Origin: Longimicrobiales bacterium
GTDB taxonomy: Bacteria > Gemmatimonadota > Gemmatimonadetes > Longimicrobiales > Gaopeijiaceae
NCBI GenBank assembly: GCA_963664435.2
Contig: CAXXKM010000002.1
Span: 992,001 to 1,056,000 of the forward strand
Direction: 5' to 3'
Length of the DNA: 64,000 bases
Numbering within the stretch: position 1 is the first letter of the stretch; each line of letters starts with the position of its first letter. This document shows positions 29,803 through 41,060 of this stretch, one piece after another. The notes beneath the pieces were generated by a model. It made no database searches. It worked only from the letters and a program-made list of their open reading frames with translations, and was not told where the DNA came from. The translations under genes were made by a program, and so were the position numbers.

Positions 29803-30984
29803 ATGCAGGCAGGCTTCCCAAACGGAATGCGCAGCCCGCTGACCTCCCTTGGCGAGGAGGAACGCTTCCTCCAGCAGGCCGTGCGGGACTTCGCGCGGAG
29901 CGAGATCGCACCCAGGGCATCCGCCATGGATACCGAGCAGGCCATGGATCCGGCGCTGATCCGCAAGCTGTTCGAACTCGGCCTCATGGGGGTTGAGATC
30001 CCCGAGCGCTTCGGGGGAGCGGACAGCTCGTTCTTCGCGGCGGTGCTCGTCGTCGAGGAACTCTCCGCCGTGGACCCCGCGGTGGCCGTGCTGGTGGACG
30101 TGCAGAACACCCTCGTGATCAATGCGCTCCTCCGCTACGGAACCGAGCAGCAGCAGCGCCGCCATCTGCCGCGCCTGGCCTCCGACACCGTCGGCGCCTA
30201 CGCGCTCTCCGAGGCGGGAAGCGGGTCCGACGCCTTCGCCCTCAGATGCACGGCGGTGCGCGCGGGCGACGACTGGATCCTGACCGGCCAGAAGCTCTGG
30301 ATCACCAACGGAGCCGAAGCCGGGCTCTACATCGTCTTCGCCAACGTCGATCCGGATTCGGGCTATCGCGGCATCACCGCGTTTCTGGTGGGCAGGAAAA
30401 CGCCGGGCCTATCCGTGGGCAGGAGGGAGCGCAAGCTGGGGATTCGAGCGTCGTCGACGACCGAGGTGGTGCTGGACGGTTGCCGGGTCCCCGGCGGGAA
30501 TCTGCTGGGCGAAGTCGGCCTCGGGTACAGGATCGCGATCGCCACCCTCAACGAGGGACGCATCGGCATCGGAGCCCAGATGGTGGGGCTGGCGCAGGGA
30601 GCGCTCGACCACACCCTGCGCTATACGCGGCAGCGGGAGCAGTTCGGCCGCTCGGTTTCCGACTTCCAGGGGGTTCAGTTCCAGCTCGCGCAGATGGCCA
30701 CCGACGTGGAGGCGGCCCGCCTGCTGGTGTACAATGCGGCGCGCCTGCGCGACGGCGGGTTCCCTTACATTCGTCAGGCGGCGATGGCCAAGCTCTTCGC
30801 CTCGCAGGTGGCCCAGAGGGTGGCGTCGGAGTGCGTGGACCTGCACGGCGGATACGGCTTCACGAGCGAGTACCCGGTGGAGAAGCTCTATCGCGACGCC
30901 AAGATCGGTACCATTTATGAAGGGACGACCAACATGCAGCTTCAGACCATTGCGAAGCTGTTGCTGCGAGAGGCGGGAGCCTAG
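29803..30984 (+). CDS. acyl-CoA dehydrogenase (short/branched-chain type)
   Basis: ALSEAGSGSDA, GQKLWITNG, KLGIRASST, HGGYGF and IYEGTTNMQ. Start could be 29827. Confidence 0.93.
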   Translation: MQAGFPNGMRSPLTSLGEEERFLQQAVRDFARSEIAPRASAMDTEQAMDPALIRKLFELGLMGVEIPERFGGADSSFFAAVLVVEELSAVDPAVAVLVDVQNTLVINALLRYGTEQQQRRHLPRLASDTVGAYALSEAGSGSDAFALRCTAVRAGDDWILTGQKLWITNGAEAGLYIVFANVDPDSGYRGITAFLVGRKTPGLSVGRRERKLGIRASSTTEVVLDGCRVPGGNLLGEVGLGYRIAIATLNEGRIGIGAQMVGLAQGALDHTLRYTRQREQFGRSVSDFQGVQFQLAQMATDVEAARLLVYNAARLRDGGFPYIRQAAMAKLFASQVAQRVASECVDLHGGYGFTSEYPVEKLYRDAKIGTIYEGTTNMQLQTIAKLLLREAGA

Positions 30985-31020
30985 CTTCTCCGGGTCGACC
31001 CACGACATCGAGGCAAGAAC

Positions 31021-31254
31021 ATGTTCGGTCCAGACCTGGTCTTTGTGGCGCTGCCCCTGTTCCTGGGGTTCAACGAGATTCTTCTGGCGATGGGCCTCCT
31101 GGTCCTCTTCTTCGGAGGCCGCAAGATTCCCGAGTTCGCCCGCGGGGTGGGCACGGGCATCAAGAATTTCAAGCGTGGTCTCAAGGAGGGGCAGGCGGAA
31201 GATCTGCCCCAGCTCCCCGAGGCGCCCGAGGAAGAAGTAGCCCCCGAGTCCTGA
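31021..31254 (+). CDS. tatA: Sec-independent translocase subunit TatA/E
   Basis: EILL...LFFGGRKIPEFARGVGTGIKNFKRGL. Confidence 0.88.
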   Translation: MFGPDLVFVALPLFLGFNEILLAMGLLVLFFGGRKIPEFARGVGTGIKNFKRGLKEGQAEDLPQLPEAPEEEVAPES

Positions 31255-31301
31255 CAGCCCGTGGACTCTCGCGGATTCATCCACGAACGCTGACCCGCCC
31301 C

Positions 31302-32159
31302 ATGCAGGGAGATGTGCCGGCGGAAGCCTCTCCGCTTTCCAACGTGGTGGTCGTGCTGCACGAGCCGCAGAACCTGGTCAACATCGCCGGCACGGTGCGG
31401 GCGATGATGAACATGGGTCTTGTTCGCCTGCGCCTGGTTCGTCCCGCCGAGTTCGATGCCTGGCGCATCACCGGCATCGCCCACCGCAGCGACCCTCTGG
31501 TCGAGCGCGCCGAGATCCACGACACCCTGGCCGACGCCCTGGCCGACACCGTCTTCGTACTCGGAACGACCGCGCGCGCCCGCACCGCCCACCGCAACTA
31601 CGGACGACCCCGCGAGCTGGCGGCCCAGGTGGTGGAGCGTGCCTCCCGCGGCACTGTGGCGGTGCTCTTCGGGCGCGAGGACCGCGGCCTTTCCAACCAG
31701 GCGCTCGACCTGTGCAACCGGGTGGCGATCGTCCCGACCCTGCCCGAATACAAGAGCCTCAATCTCGCACAGGCGGTGCTGATCCTGGCGTACGAGATCT
31801 TCCTGGCGGCACACGACGCGGCCGAGCTGCCCCGGGGGCGGCGCGCGACCGAACCCGCTACCAGCGCCGAGTTGGAGGAGACCTACGCGGTGCTCGAGCG
31901 CGGCCTCGACCGCATCGACTTCTTCACCCGCCGGGCGCCCGAAGGGGTGATGCGCACGCTGCGGACGATCATCGCGCGCGCCGAACCGGACACCCAGGAA
32001 GCGGGAATCCTGCGAGCCGTCGGCTACGAGATCAGGCGCTACGCCGAGCGCGCGGAGGGATCGACGGCCGGGCGCGACGCGGCCGAATCCGCTGGCGGGG
32101 CCGAATCCGCGGACCGGGCCGGGGCGGCCACTCCGTCACCGGCGGGGCTGGCCGACTGA
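31302..32159 (+). CDS. TrmJ/LasT-type SPOUT RNA methyltransferase
   Basis: PQNLVNIAGTVRAMMNMG, GTTAR, LFGREDRGL and SLNLAQAV. Confidence 0.9.
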   Translation: MQGDVPAEASPLSNVVVVLHEPQNLVNIAGTVRAMMNMGLVRLRLVRPAEFDAWRITGIAHRSDPLVERAEIHDTLADALADTVFVLGTTARARTAHRNYGRPRELAAQVVERASRGTVAVLFGREDRGLSNQALDLCNRVAIVPTLPEYKSLNLAQAVLILAYEIFLAAHDAAELPRGRRATEPATSAELEETYAVLERGLDRIDFFTRRAPEGVMRTLRTIIARAEPDTQEAGILRAVGYEIRRYAERAEGSTAGRDAAESAGGAESADRAGAATPSPAGLAD

Positions 32160-32233
32160 CGGCCGCTCCCCTGGATCGGGACCCCACCGGTCCCAATCTC
32201 CCATTCCCGCCCATACGGCCTTGCGATAGCCTC

Positions 32234-32944
32234 ATGGGTCGCCCGTTCGTCCACACTCCGCGCGGGATCACGCTCTTGGCACATCTCTCCGGGCCCGCGG
32301 CGTGTTCAGGCGGACGCGCGAAGCAGAAATCGGCCCGGATCCCCCGCCGGAGACGAAGGCCGCGCCCCGGCATCCACTGCCGTTTCGACGCCCGCTACGT
32401 CCGGGAGCTGGAGCTGAGGCTGCGCCGGATGGAGCGGATCGCGGAAGTCAATCGGCGCCTGGCGCTTACCGATCCGCTAACCGGTCTCCCGAATCGCCGC
32501 CATCTTGAGCTCTACCTGGATCGTCTCCTGGCCGACGGTGGCGGGCATCCGTTCTCACTGGCCGTTTTCGACGTGGACGACTTCAAGGGCTTCAACCACC
32601 GGCGGGGCTATGCCGAGGGCGACCGGGTGCTGGCCGCGGTGGGCACAGTGGTGTCGAGGGCGTGCGGGTATTCGCACTTTGCCGCGCGGCTGGGCGGCGA
32701 CGAGTTCGTTGTGGTCTTCACGGGCGAGCAACCCGGCCGGGCTCGCGGGACCGCGGACCGCATGGCGCGGTCGGTCGCGCGATATCCGTCGCTCTCCTCC
32801 CGGGGAATCACGGTCAGCTTCGGTCTTGCCGCCATGGACGCCGGCGTGTGGCGCTGGCAGGACCTCCTGGCGGCGGCGGATCGGGATCTCCGCCGCCGTC
32901 GCTCGGCCGCGCGGCCGCTCCCGGCCGACCGGGGCTTTCGGTAG
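32234..32944 (+). CDS. GGDEF domain protein (diguanylate cyclase)
   Basis: TDPLTGLPNRR, FDVDDFK, GD and ARLGGDEF. Start uncertain. Confidence 0.78.
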   Translation: MGRPFVHTPRGITLLAHLSGPAACSGGRAKQKSARIPRRRRRPRPGIHCRFDARYVRELELRLRRMERIAEVNRRLALTDPLTGLPNRRHLELYLDRLLADGGGHPFSLAVFDVDDFKGFNHRRGYAEGDRVLAAVGTVVSRACGYSHFAARLGGDEFVVVFTGEQPGRARGTADRMARSVARYPSLSSRGITVSFGLAAMDAGVWRWQDLLAAADRDLRRRRSAARPLPADRGFR

Positions 32945-32998
32945 TATTGGGGCGCGCTTGCACGGCTCGTGCCGGCTTCCTCCCCGTGCGGGGATCGG

Positions 32999-33012
32999 CC
33001 CCCCCCCCCCCC
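32999..33012 (+). repeat. C14 homopolymer
   Basis: 14 consecutive C, 19 bp upstream of the hisN-like ATG. Confidence 0.9.
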
Positions 33013-33031
33013 GCCCCGCCTGACGTCCGCC

Positions 33032-33829
33032 ATGAACGAATCCAATCCGACCGGCACCGAACTCGCTGACCTGGCGCGCACGGCCGAAGAGCTCGCGCGC
33101 GCCGCCGGAGAGGTCGCCCTCGGCTACTTCGGCGCCCGCATCGAGGTCGAAACCAAGGCCGACGACACGCCGGTCACCATCGCCGACCGCGAGACCGAGA
33201 GCCTGCTGTGCGCGGAGATCCAGCGGCGCTATCCAGACCACGGCATCTTCGGCGAAGAGCATGGCGAGGTGCGCCCCGGCGCTCCCGTGCGCTGGATCCT
33301 GGATCCCATCGACGGCACGAAGTCGTTCGTCCACGGGGTGCCGCTGTGGGGGGTACTCATCGGCATCGAGGTGGGAGGCGAGCCCGTGGTGGGGGTGGTT
33401 CATCTGCCGGCGCTCGGAGAGACGGTCACGGCCGCCAGGGGTCTCGGATGCCGCTGGAACGGTGAGCCGTGTTCAGTTTCCGCCGAGAATCGGCTTGAGG
33501 GGAGCCTCGTGCTCACCTCGGATGAGACCGCGTTTCATAGCCACCCCGCCGAAGCCGGTTGGAGAGCCCTCGCCGCCGCCGCCCGCATCACGCGCAGCTG
33601 GGGCGACTGTTACGGCCACGTCCTGGTCGCCACCGGCCGGGCTCAGGTCATGGTCGATCCGGTACTCGCCTCCTGGGACGCCGCCCCCCTGCTGACCATC
33701 CTCACGGAAGCGGGCGGGTGCTTCACGGATGTGTCCGGCGAGCCCACCATCCACGGCCGTTCAGCGGTTTCCAGCACCCACCCTGCGTTGCACGCCCGTG
33801 TGCTGGAGTTGCTGGCTGCGGACCTGTAG
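33032..33829 (+). CDS. hisN: inositol monophosphatase family, histidinol-phosphatase HisN-like
   Basis: PVTIADRE, GEE, WILDPIDGTKSF, WGDCYG and WDAAP. Confidence 0.82.
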   Translation: MNESNPTGTELADLARTAEELARAAGEVALGYFGARIEVETKADDTPVTIADRETESLLCAEIQRRYPDHGIFGEEHGEVRPGAPVRWILDPIDGTKSFVHGVPLWGVLIGIEVGGEPVVGVVHLPALGETVTAARGLGCRWNGEPCSVSAENRLEGSLVLTSDETAFHSHPAEAGWRALAAAARITRSWGDCYGHVLVATGRAQVMVDPVLASWDAAPLLTILTEAGGCFTDVSGEPTIHGRSAVSSTHPALHARVLELLAADL

Positions 33830-34082
33830 CCGCCGGCCGGCGCCGACTGCCGTTCCCGGGGCCCTTCAGAAGCTCCCTTCGTTCACTCGTGCCCGCTGGA
33901 GTTCCAGGATTGCCGCTTGTGCGGCGAGGTGGGGCACGGCGCGCCCGTGCCAAACGGGATGCCATTCATCGAACTTGGAAACCGGGGGGTGACTGCAGGA
34001 GGTCGAAACCGGAGCGTGTCGATAATCGTTGCCTGGTGCGGCCTTCTTCGAACCGAGGCTCGGCGACGGGAATCGGCCCGGC

Positions 34083-35381
34083 CTAGAGGACGCCGGCTTC
34101 CTCCCGCGTCACCTCCAGATCCACCATCTCCAGCTGCTCCGGCGGCTGCCACACCTGCACCACCGGGAAGGTGCTCAGGAACCAGCGCAGGCTCCAGAGC
34201 AGCGGCCCCAGGAACACCAGCGTCACCAGGGCTTCCCAGAGCCCGACGGTCGGTCCCTCGAGCCGCAGCGAGGGCGCGATCAGCAGGTGGTGTTCCAGCC
34301 AGAGCCCCGCCAGGATGACGCAGACAAAGCTACCGAGGATGACCGGGTTCATCTTGGGCCGGCGCCCGATGAGCCCAGCGAAGGGAATCACGAAGCACAT
34401 CAGCACCAGGGCGAGCGAAAACCCTCCCCAGGTTTCGCCGGTCCGGTGGATGATCCACGCCTGTTCCCACGGCAGCTTTCCGTACCAGATGACGATGTAC
34501 TGGGCGAAGACGATGTAGGTCCAGAACACGCAGAAGGCGAAGGTCAGCTTGCCCAGGTCGTGCATCTGCTGGACGCCCATCAGCCCATTCAGATCCGCGT
34601 GCCGGCGCTTCAGCAGAACGACGATCAGCGCGGTGGAGGCGATCCCTCCCCAGAAGCCGCCCATGAAGTACCAGACCCCGAATATGGTGGAGAACCAGTG
34701 GGGCTCGAGCGACATGGCGAAGTCGTAGGCCACCATGCTCATCACGGCGGCGTAGACGAGAATGAAGGCGGGGGCCAGGCGGCCCATCCGACGGGCGCTC
34801 GCGGTCTCCTCGGCTTCCTGTCCCAACCATCCCGCGGTAAGGGTGGCGCGCCAGCGCTTGCGCGCCCCATCACGATCGCCTTCAACCAGCCCCATGTCCG
34901 GACGCACGGCCAGATACGCCATGTACAGGCTCAGCCCGATGAGAAGCAGCAACCCGGCCACATTGCGCGCGATCAGGAACGGGACATTCAGGTACGCGGC
35001 CTTCGCCTGCACGATGGGATCCGACTCCATCGCCTCGATCCACGGGAAGTACGATTCCCGCAGACCCAGCATGGGCAGGAAGAGGATGAACGCGATCGGC
35101 AGGTAGGCTGCGAAGGCGAGGCTCACGCGGCGCACCGGCCAGTTCCATTTGGCCTTCACGATGTTGGTCACCGCGCACAGGAGCATCGCGCCCTCGGCGA
35201 TGGCGAAGAAGAAAAGCCAGTTGGCCGAGTAGGCCTGCTCGGCGCGCGCGGGGTCGGCGGCACGCAGGACGAAGAGCGAGATCACGCCGACGAGGAAGAG
35301 GGCCCCGCACAACATCGAGAACCGGCGGGAGCGCTCCAGGTGGCGCACCGGGATGTCGGCCGGGACGTGGATGTGGGCCAT
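34083..35381 (-). CDS. actF: alternative complex III subunit ActF
   Basis: About 10 TM; MSLEPHWFSTIFG, HDLGKLTFAF and WTYIVFAQYIVIWYG; last gene of the operon. Confidence 0.9.
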   Translation of the reverse strand: MAHIHVPADIPVRHLERSRRFSMLCGALFLVGVISLFVLRAADPARAEQAYSANWLFFFAIAEGAMLLCAVTNIVKAKWNWPVRRVSLAFAAYLPIAFILFLPMLGLRESYFPWIEAMESDPIVQAKAAYLNVPFLIARNVAGLLLLIGLSLYMAYLAVRPDMGLVEGDRDGARKRWRATLTAGWLGQEAEETASARRMGRLAPAFILVYAAVMSMVAYDFAMSLEPHWFSTIFGVWYFMGGFWGGIASTALIVVLLKRRHADLNGLMGVQQMHDLGKLTFAFCVFWTYIVFAQYIVIWYGKLPWEQAWIIHRTGETWGGFSLALVLMCFVIPFAGLIGRRPKMNPVILGSFVCVILAGLWLEHHLLIAPSLRLEGPTVGLWEALVTLVFLGPLLWSLRWFLSTFPVVQVWQPPEQLEMVDLEVTREEAGVL

Positions 35382-35385
35382 GCCG

Positions 35386-36021
35386 CTACTCCCCCGGAGC
35401 CGGGTTGCCCGCCTGTTCCTGCAACTGACGGACGTAGTTGACGATGTGCCAGCGGTCGTAGTGCGGAATCTGGTGCCCGTAGGCGGGCATCAGTCCACGT
35501 CCCACGCGAATGACGCCGTACATGTAGCCATCGGGGCGGATCGCGGTGGCCGCGCTCGACAGGTTGAAGGCGGGGAGCATGGGATGCAGCGCCGCGATGG
35601 GAGCATTGGCGCCCACCCCGTCAACGCTGTGGCACGGAGCGCAGAAGCGGTTGTACAGCCTCTCGCCGCGCGCCAGCGACTCGGCAGTGGCTTCCACCGG
35701 GTTGACCATCTCCATGACGACGGGAGCCTCGGTGGCCACCTCGACTTGCGTGAAGAACGGCGGCATCTTGACCGTCGGGTCCGGCTGCCCCACCGAGATC
35801 TGGTCCGGACCGGCGGAGAAGTTGCCCGCCGAGAAGGGGACCGAGCCCTCCGCCGGCAGCAGCGTGTTCTCGTAGGGGTCGAACGAGCGCTGGTCCCGCA
35901 TGCTGCGCCCGAAGATCGCGACCATGAGGTCGTCGAAGGGCGAGCACGCGCTCACGAGTCCGGCCAGCAGGGCCACCGCGACGAAGCGGACGGGAGTGCG
36001 CGGGCGAGGTCGGTCAGCCAT
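35386..36021 (-). CDS. actE: alternative complex III monoheme cytochrome c lipoprotein ActE
   Basis: LVSAC lipobox, CAPCH heme motif, GRGLMPAYG and DRWHIVNYVRQLQ. Confidence 0.88.
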   Translation of the reverse strand: MADRPRPRTPVRFVAVALLAGLVSACSPFDDLMVAIFGRSMRDQRSFDPYENTLLPAEGSVPFSAGNFSAGPDQISVGQPDPTVKMPPFFTQVEVATEAPVVMEMVNPVEATAESLARGERLYNRFCAPCHSVDGVGANAPIAALHPMLPAFNLSSAATAIRPDGYMYGVIRVGRGLMPAYGHQIPHYDRWHIVNYVRQLQEQAGNPAPGE

Positions 36022-36534
36022 GGGCCGGGTCGGGTTCTTCCGTGAGTTCGGCCGGACCGCTTCCGTTGAGGATCCGGCGGGCTTCTTCAATGCGGTCTGC
36101 GGGGGCGCTTACGTGGACTCCGAAGCGGCCGCCGCTGAACCCGGGATCGTAGACCACGGGCGGGCGCAGGCGGGGCAGCCGGGCGTTGATGAAGACGCCG
36201 ATGACGGTCGAGAGCGCCCCGAACAGCACGGCCATCTCGAAGGCGATGATGAAGTACGCCGGGATCGACACGATGGGCTTGCCGCCCGTCACCAGCGGCC
36301 AGTCCATCGAGGTCCAGGTGGTGAACGCGAAGCCGGCCGCGGCGCCGGTCAGCCCGCCCACCAGCGCGAAGACGCGCACCGGACTCTGGTCGTACCCCAG
36401 CGCCTCCTCCAGATGATGCTCCGGCAGCGGGGAATAGGCGATGATCTTCCGGAACCCGGACTTGCGCAGCGCCTTCACGGCGTCCACCGCCCCGTCGAGG
36501 TAGTCGAAGGAGGCCAGCAGGCCGGCTTGCGTGC

Positions 36535-36538
<4 letters not shown>
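36014..36538 (-). CDS. actD: alternative complex III subunit ActD (DUF3341)
   Basis: AYSPLP, two TM, DWPLVTGGKP and FEMAVLFGA. Confidence 0.9.
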
Positions 36539-37911
<1,373 letters not shown>

Positions 37912-37963
37912 CCTTCTCCTGGACGCGTCTCCGCCGGCCAGCGGGCCGGAGGGCGCCCTGCTT

Positions 37964-40900
37964 CTAGTGTCCCGCCGCCGCCGGCTCGTGGAACGTCACC
38001 TTCCGCTGATAGGTGACCGCCGGCTGTGTGTTGATCAGATCGTCGAGTACCCGGTACGAACGCTCGTTCGCGGTGACCTGGGCCACGCGCGAGTCGGGAT
38101 CCCGGATATTGCCGAAAACGATGGCCTCGGCCGGGCAGCTCTGCTGGCACGCCGTCACCACCTCGCCCTCGCCGACCGCCCGGCCCTCCAGCACCGCCCG
38201 GTTCTCCGCCTCGCGAATCCGCTGCACGCAGAAGGTGCACTTCTCCATGACGCCCTCACCCCGCACGGTGACGTCGGGGTTGTACTGCCAGTTCAGGGGC
38301 TCGGGCACGTCGGAGTACTCGTACCAGTTGAAGACGCGCACCTTGTAGGGGCAGTTGTTGGCGCAGTAGCGGGTGCCCACGCAGCGGTTGTAGACCTGCG
38401 CGTTCAGCCCGTCGGGCGTGTGATAGGCGGCGAACACCGGGCACACCGGCTCGCACGGTGCGTTGCCGCAATGCTGGCAGAGCATGGGCGTAAAGCGCAC
38501 GTCCACCGGGCCGGCGTGCGAAGCGTCGACCGTCTCGAAGTAGTTCTCGATGCGCATCCACTGGATGTCGCGGCCCATGAGGACCTGCTCCTCGTGGACA
38601 ACGGGGACGTTGTTCTCGGCCTGGCAGGCGGTGACGCAGGCGCTGCATCCGGTGCACTTGTCCAGGTCGATCGCCATCGCCCAGCGGGGCGTGCTCTCCG
38701 GGTCCGCGTATTCTCCGTGCTGGGCGCCGGGGAGGGGGTAGTCCTCCGGGCGGCCCTCGGTGGGCACGGGTATGAACCCACCCACCTCCTGGAGTTCGGC
38801 CAGCGCGTGCTCGTCGTGTTCCTCCTCGGCGTGGCCGATGTCGGCAAGCGCGATGGCGGGGGCGATGTTGCGGTCTTCCTGGGTATGCCCGGAGCCGTGG
38901 ATGCTCGCGAGCTTGCGCCACTCCCCGGTCGCTTCGACCGCAACCCGGGTGGCGAGGTGGACCATCGCCCCGGAGGGCTGTTCGGACTCGGCCGGGAGCA
39001 GCGTCATGGGGTTCACCCCGTTGCCGTCCGCGTAGCGGCCGTAGCCCGTATGCCCCCCGCCCATGGCGATCGCGGCTACGTCCTCCCGTACGCCCGCGTA
39101 GGGCCAGACCGGCAGCTCCACCTGGCCGTGCGGCGAAGTCACGCGCACCACATCGCCCTCGCGGAGCCCGTGCCGCTCCGCCGTGGCCGGGTGCAGTTCC
39201 ACCCAGGAATGCCAGGTGATCTTGCTGACCGGGTCGGGGAGCTCCTGCATCCAGGAGCGGTTGGCCTGGCGTCCGTCCCCGAAGCGGGACGACGGGTACA
39301 CGACCAGGGCCAGTCCGTCCGGGTCGCCGTCCAGGGCGGGCACGTCGAACCCGACCGCCGCATCCGGCGGCAGCAACGTGAGCGGCGCCTCCTCCCCGGG
39401 CGGATCCGACAACACCACTCCCCGGCGCAGAGCCTCGCGCCAGAAGCCGTCGAAGTCGTCGTCTCCCGCGAGCCCCATCTCCTGCCAGCGGGCGCGCACG
39501 TATGCCTGGAAGTCGTCGGCGCCCAGGTTCTGGCCGAGGGCGTTGGCCGTGGACAGGAGCACATCTCCGGTGGCCCGGGCGTCAAACAGGGGAACCGGCC
39601 TCATCACCGGCTGCTGCACCGCGCTCACGCCCGGGCGCGGGTGCGAATCCCCCCATGCCTCGAGCGGATGCGTGTCGGGAAGCACCAGGTCGGCGAGGTG
39701 TGCGGTCTCGTCAAGCGCGGAGGCGAAGGACACCTTGAACGGCACGGCGCCGAACGCGTCCGCGAAACCCGCGGAAGGCGGCAGCGAATAGGCCGGGTTG
39801 GCGCCGTGCACGAGCGCGACCGCGACCTCGCCCGCCCGCATCGAACCCATGGCGGATTCGAGCGACGCGTACGACGAGGACGCGGCTGCCTGGTCCGGCA
39901 CGGCCAGGTGCACGGAGCGGCCGATGTTGCCCGCGACCTGGTTGAGCACCAGCACCGCCAGGTTGGCGCCGGTGGCGCCCCGGTGCTGTCCGCTCACGCC
40001 GGGACCCAGCGCCAGCCCGGGTCCTTCAGCGACGAAGCGCCTTGCCAGGTCCGCGATCTCCTCCTCCGAGAGCCCGGCAGCACCGGCCGCTGCGGCAACA
40101 TCGAAGCTGCCCAGCAATTCCGCGTAGGAGCCCGCGTCAGCCCCGTCGCCCGCGATCACCGCGGCCATGGCGAGCGCGACCCCCGCTTCCGATCCGGCTC
40201 GGATGGGGAACCACTCGTCGGCGTTCTGGCCCGTCAGCGAAAGCCTCGGGGCGAGGAAGACGAAGCGTCCCTTGGAGGCCACCTGGTCGATGGCGCTGGT
40301 GCGCGCGAAGCCCCGCCCGTACTCGGTCGGCGACAGCCAGGTCTCAAGGAAGTCGGCGCCGAAGGAAAGCACGAAGCGGGCCGCCTCGAAGTCATAGGCG
40401 GGAACGACATCGCGCCCGAACGCCAGACGCGCAGCCTCCCGCAACGGGGCTTCCGACAGCGCCTCGTATTCCACGCGCGTACCGCCGGTGGCCTCCGCGA
40501 AGCGATCGAAGAGGTGGCCGAGCGCCCCACCGGCGCTCCCGGTGACGAGCAGCACGTTTCCGCCCGCCGCGCCCAGCCGCTCGGCGAGCTGCGCCTCGGC
40601 GTCCTCCCAGCTGACCGGCGCGAAGCCGTCCCCGTTGCGCATCATCGGGCCCGTGAGGCGATCGGGGTTGTACAGCCCCTGCAGGGCCGAATGCCCGCGC
40701 GCGCACAACGCGCCTCCCGAGACGGGATGTTGCGGGTTGCCCTCGATCTTTACCGCGCGGCCCTCGCGGGTGCGCACCCAGACGCCGCACCCGGCCGGGC
40801 ATTCTCCGCACACGGACGCGTACCAGGTCGCGACCCCCGGCGTGATCTCCTCGGGCGGGACCACGTACGGGATGAGCTTCTCCACGTTGTCCGTGGAGCA

Positions 40901-41047
40901 GCCGAACATGGTGGCCCCGGCCCCGGATGCGCCCACCACCCGCAGGAAATCCCGGCGTTGGATGCCGCTCATGTGTGCTCGCTTCTCACTGGTTTCCCGC
41001 TCGTGGTCATGGGCTTCGCGTTCTCGCTTCCGGCGGTGGCTGCTCAT
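37964..41047 (-). CDS. actB: alternative complex III subunit ActB (molybdopterin-oxidoreductase-like + 4 Fe-S domain)
   Basis: Tat motif RRDFL and lipobox; C-terminal CTGCSACVTAC, CQHCGNAPC, CVGTRYCANNCP and CTFC...CQQSCP. Confidence 0.92.
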   Translation of the reverse strand: MSSHRRKREREAHDHERETSEKRAHMSGIQRRDFLRVVGASGAGATMFGCSTDNVEKLIPYVVPPEEITPGVATWYASVCGECPAGCGVWVRTREGRAVKIEGNPQHPVSGGALCARGHSALQGLYNPDRLTGPMMRNGDGFAPVSWEDAEAQLAERLGAAGGNVLLVTGSAGGALGHLFDRFAEATGGTRVEYEALSEAPLREAARLAFGRDVVPAYDFEAARFVLSFGADFLETWLSPTEYGRGFARTSAIDQVASKGRFVFLAPRLSLTGQNADEWFPIRAGSEAGVALAMAAVIAGDGADAGSYAELLGSFDVAAAAGAAGLSEEEIADLARRFVAEGPGLALGPGVSGQHRGATGANLAVLVLNQVAGNIGRSVHLAVPDQAAASSSYASLESAMGSMRAGEVAVALVHGANPAYSLPPSAGFADAFGAVPFKVSFASALDETAHLADLVLPDTHPLEAWGDSHPRPGVSAVQQPVMRPVPLFDARATGDVLLSTANALGQNLGADDFQAYVRARWQEMGLAGDDDFDGFWREALRRGVVLSDPPGEEAPLTLLPPDAAVGFDVPALDGDPDGLALVVYPSSRFGDGRQANRSWMQELPDPVSKITWHSWVELHPATAERHGLREGDVVRVTSPHGQVELPVWPYAGVREDVAAIAMGGGHTGYGRYADGNGVNPMTLLPAESEQPSGAMVHLATRVAVEATGEWRKLASIHGSGHTQEDRNIAPAIALADIGHAEEEHDEHALAELQEVGGFIPVPTEGRPEDYPLPGAQHGEYADPESTPRWAMAIDLDKCTGCSACVTACQAENNVPVVHEEQVLMGRDIQWMRIENYFETVDASHAGPVDVRFTPMLCQHCGNAPCEPVCPVFAAYHTPDGLNAQVYNRCVGTRYCANNCPYKVRVFNWYEYSDVPEPLNWQYNPDVTVRGEGVMEKCTFCVQRIREAENRAVLEGRAVGEGEVVTACQQSCPAEAIVFGNIRDPDSRVAQVTANERSYRVLDDLINTQPAVTYQRKVTFHEPAAAGH

Positions 41048-41060
41048 GACTCCCGCTCGC

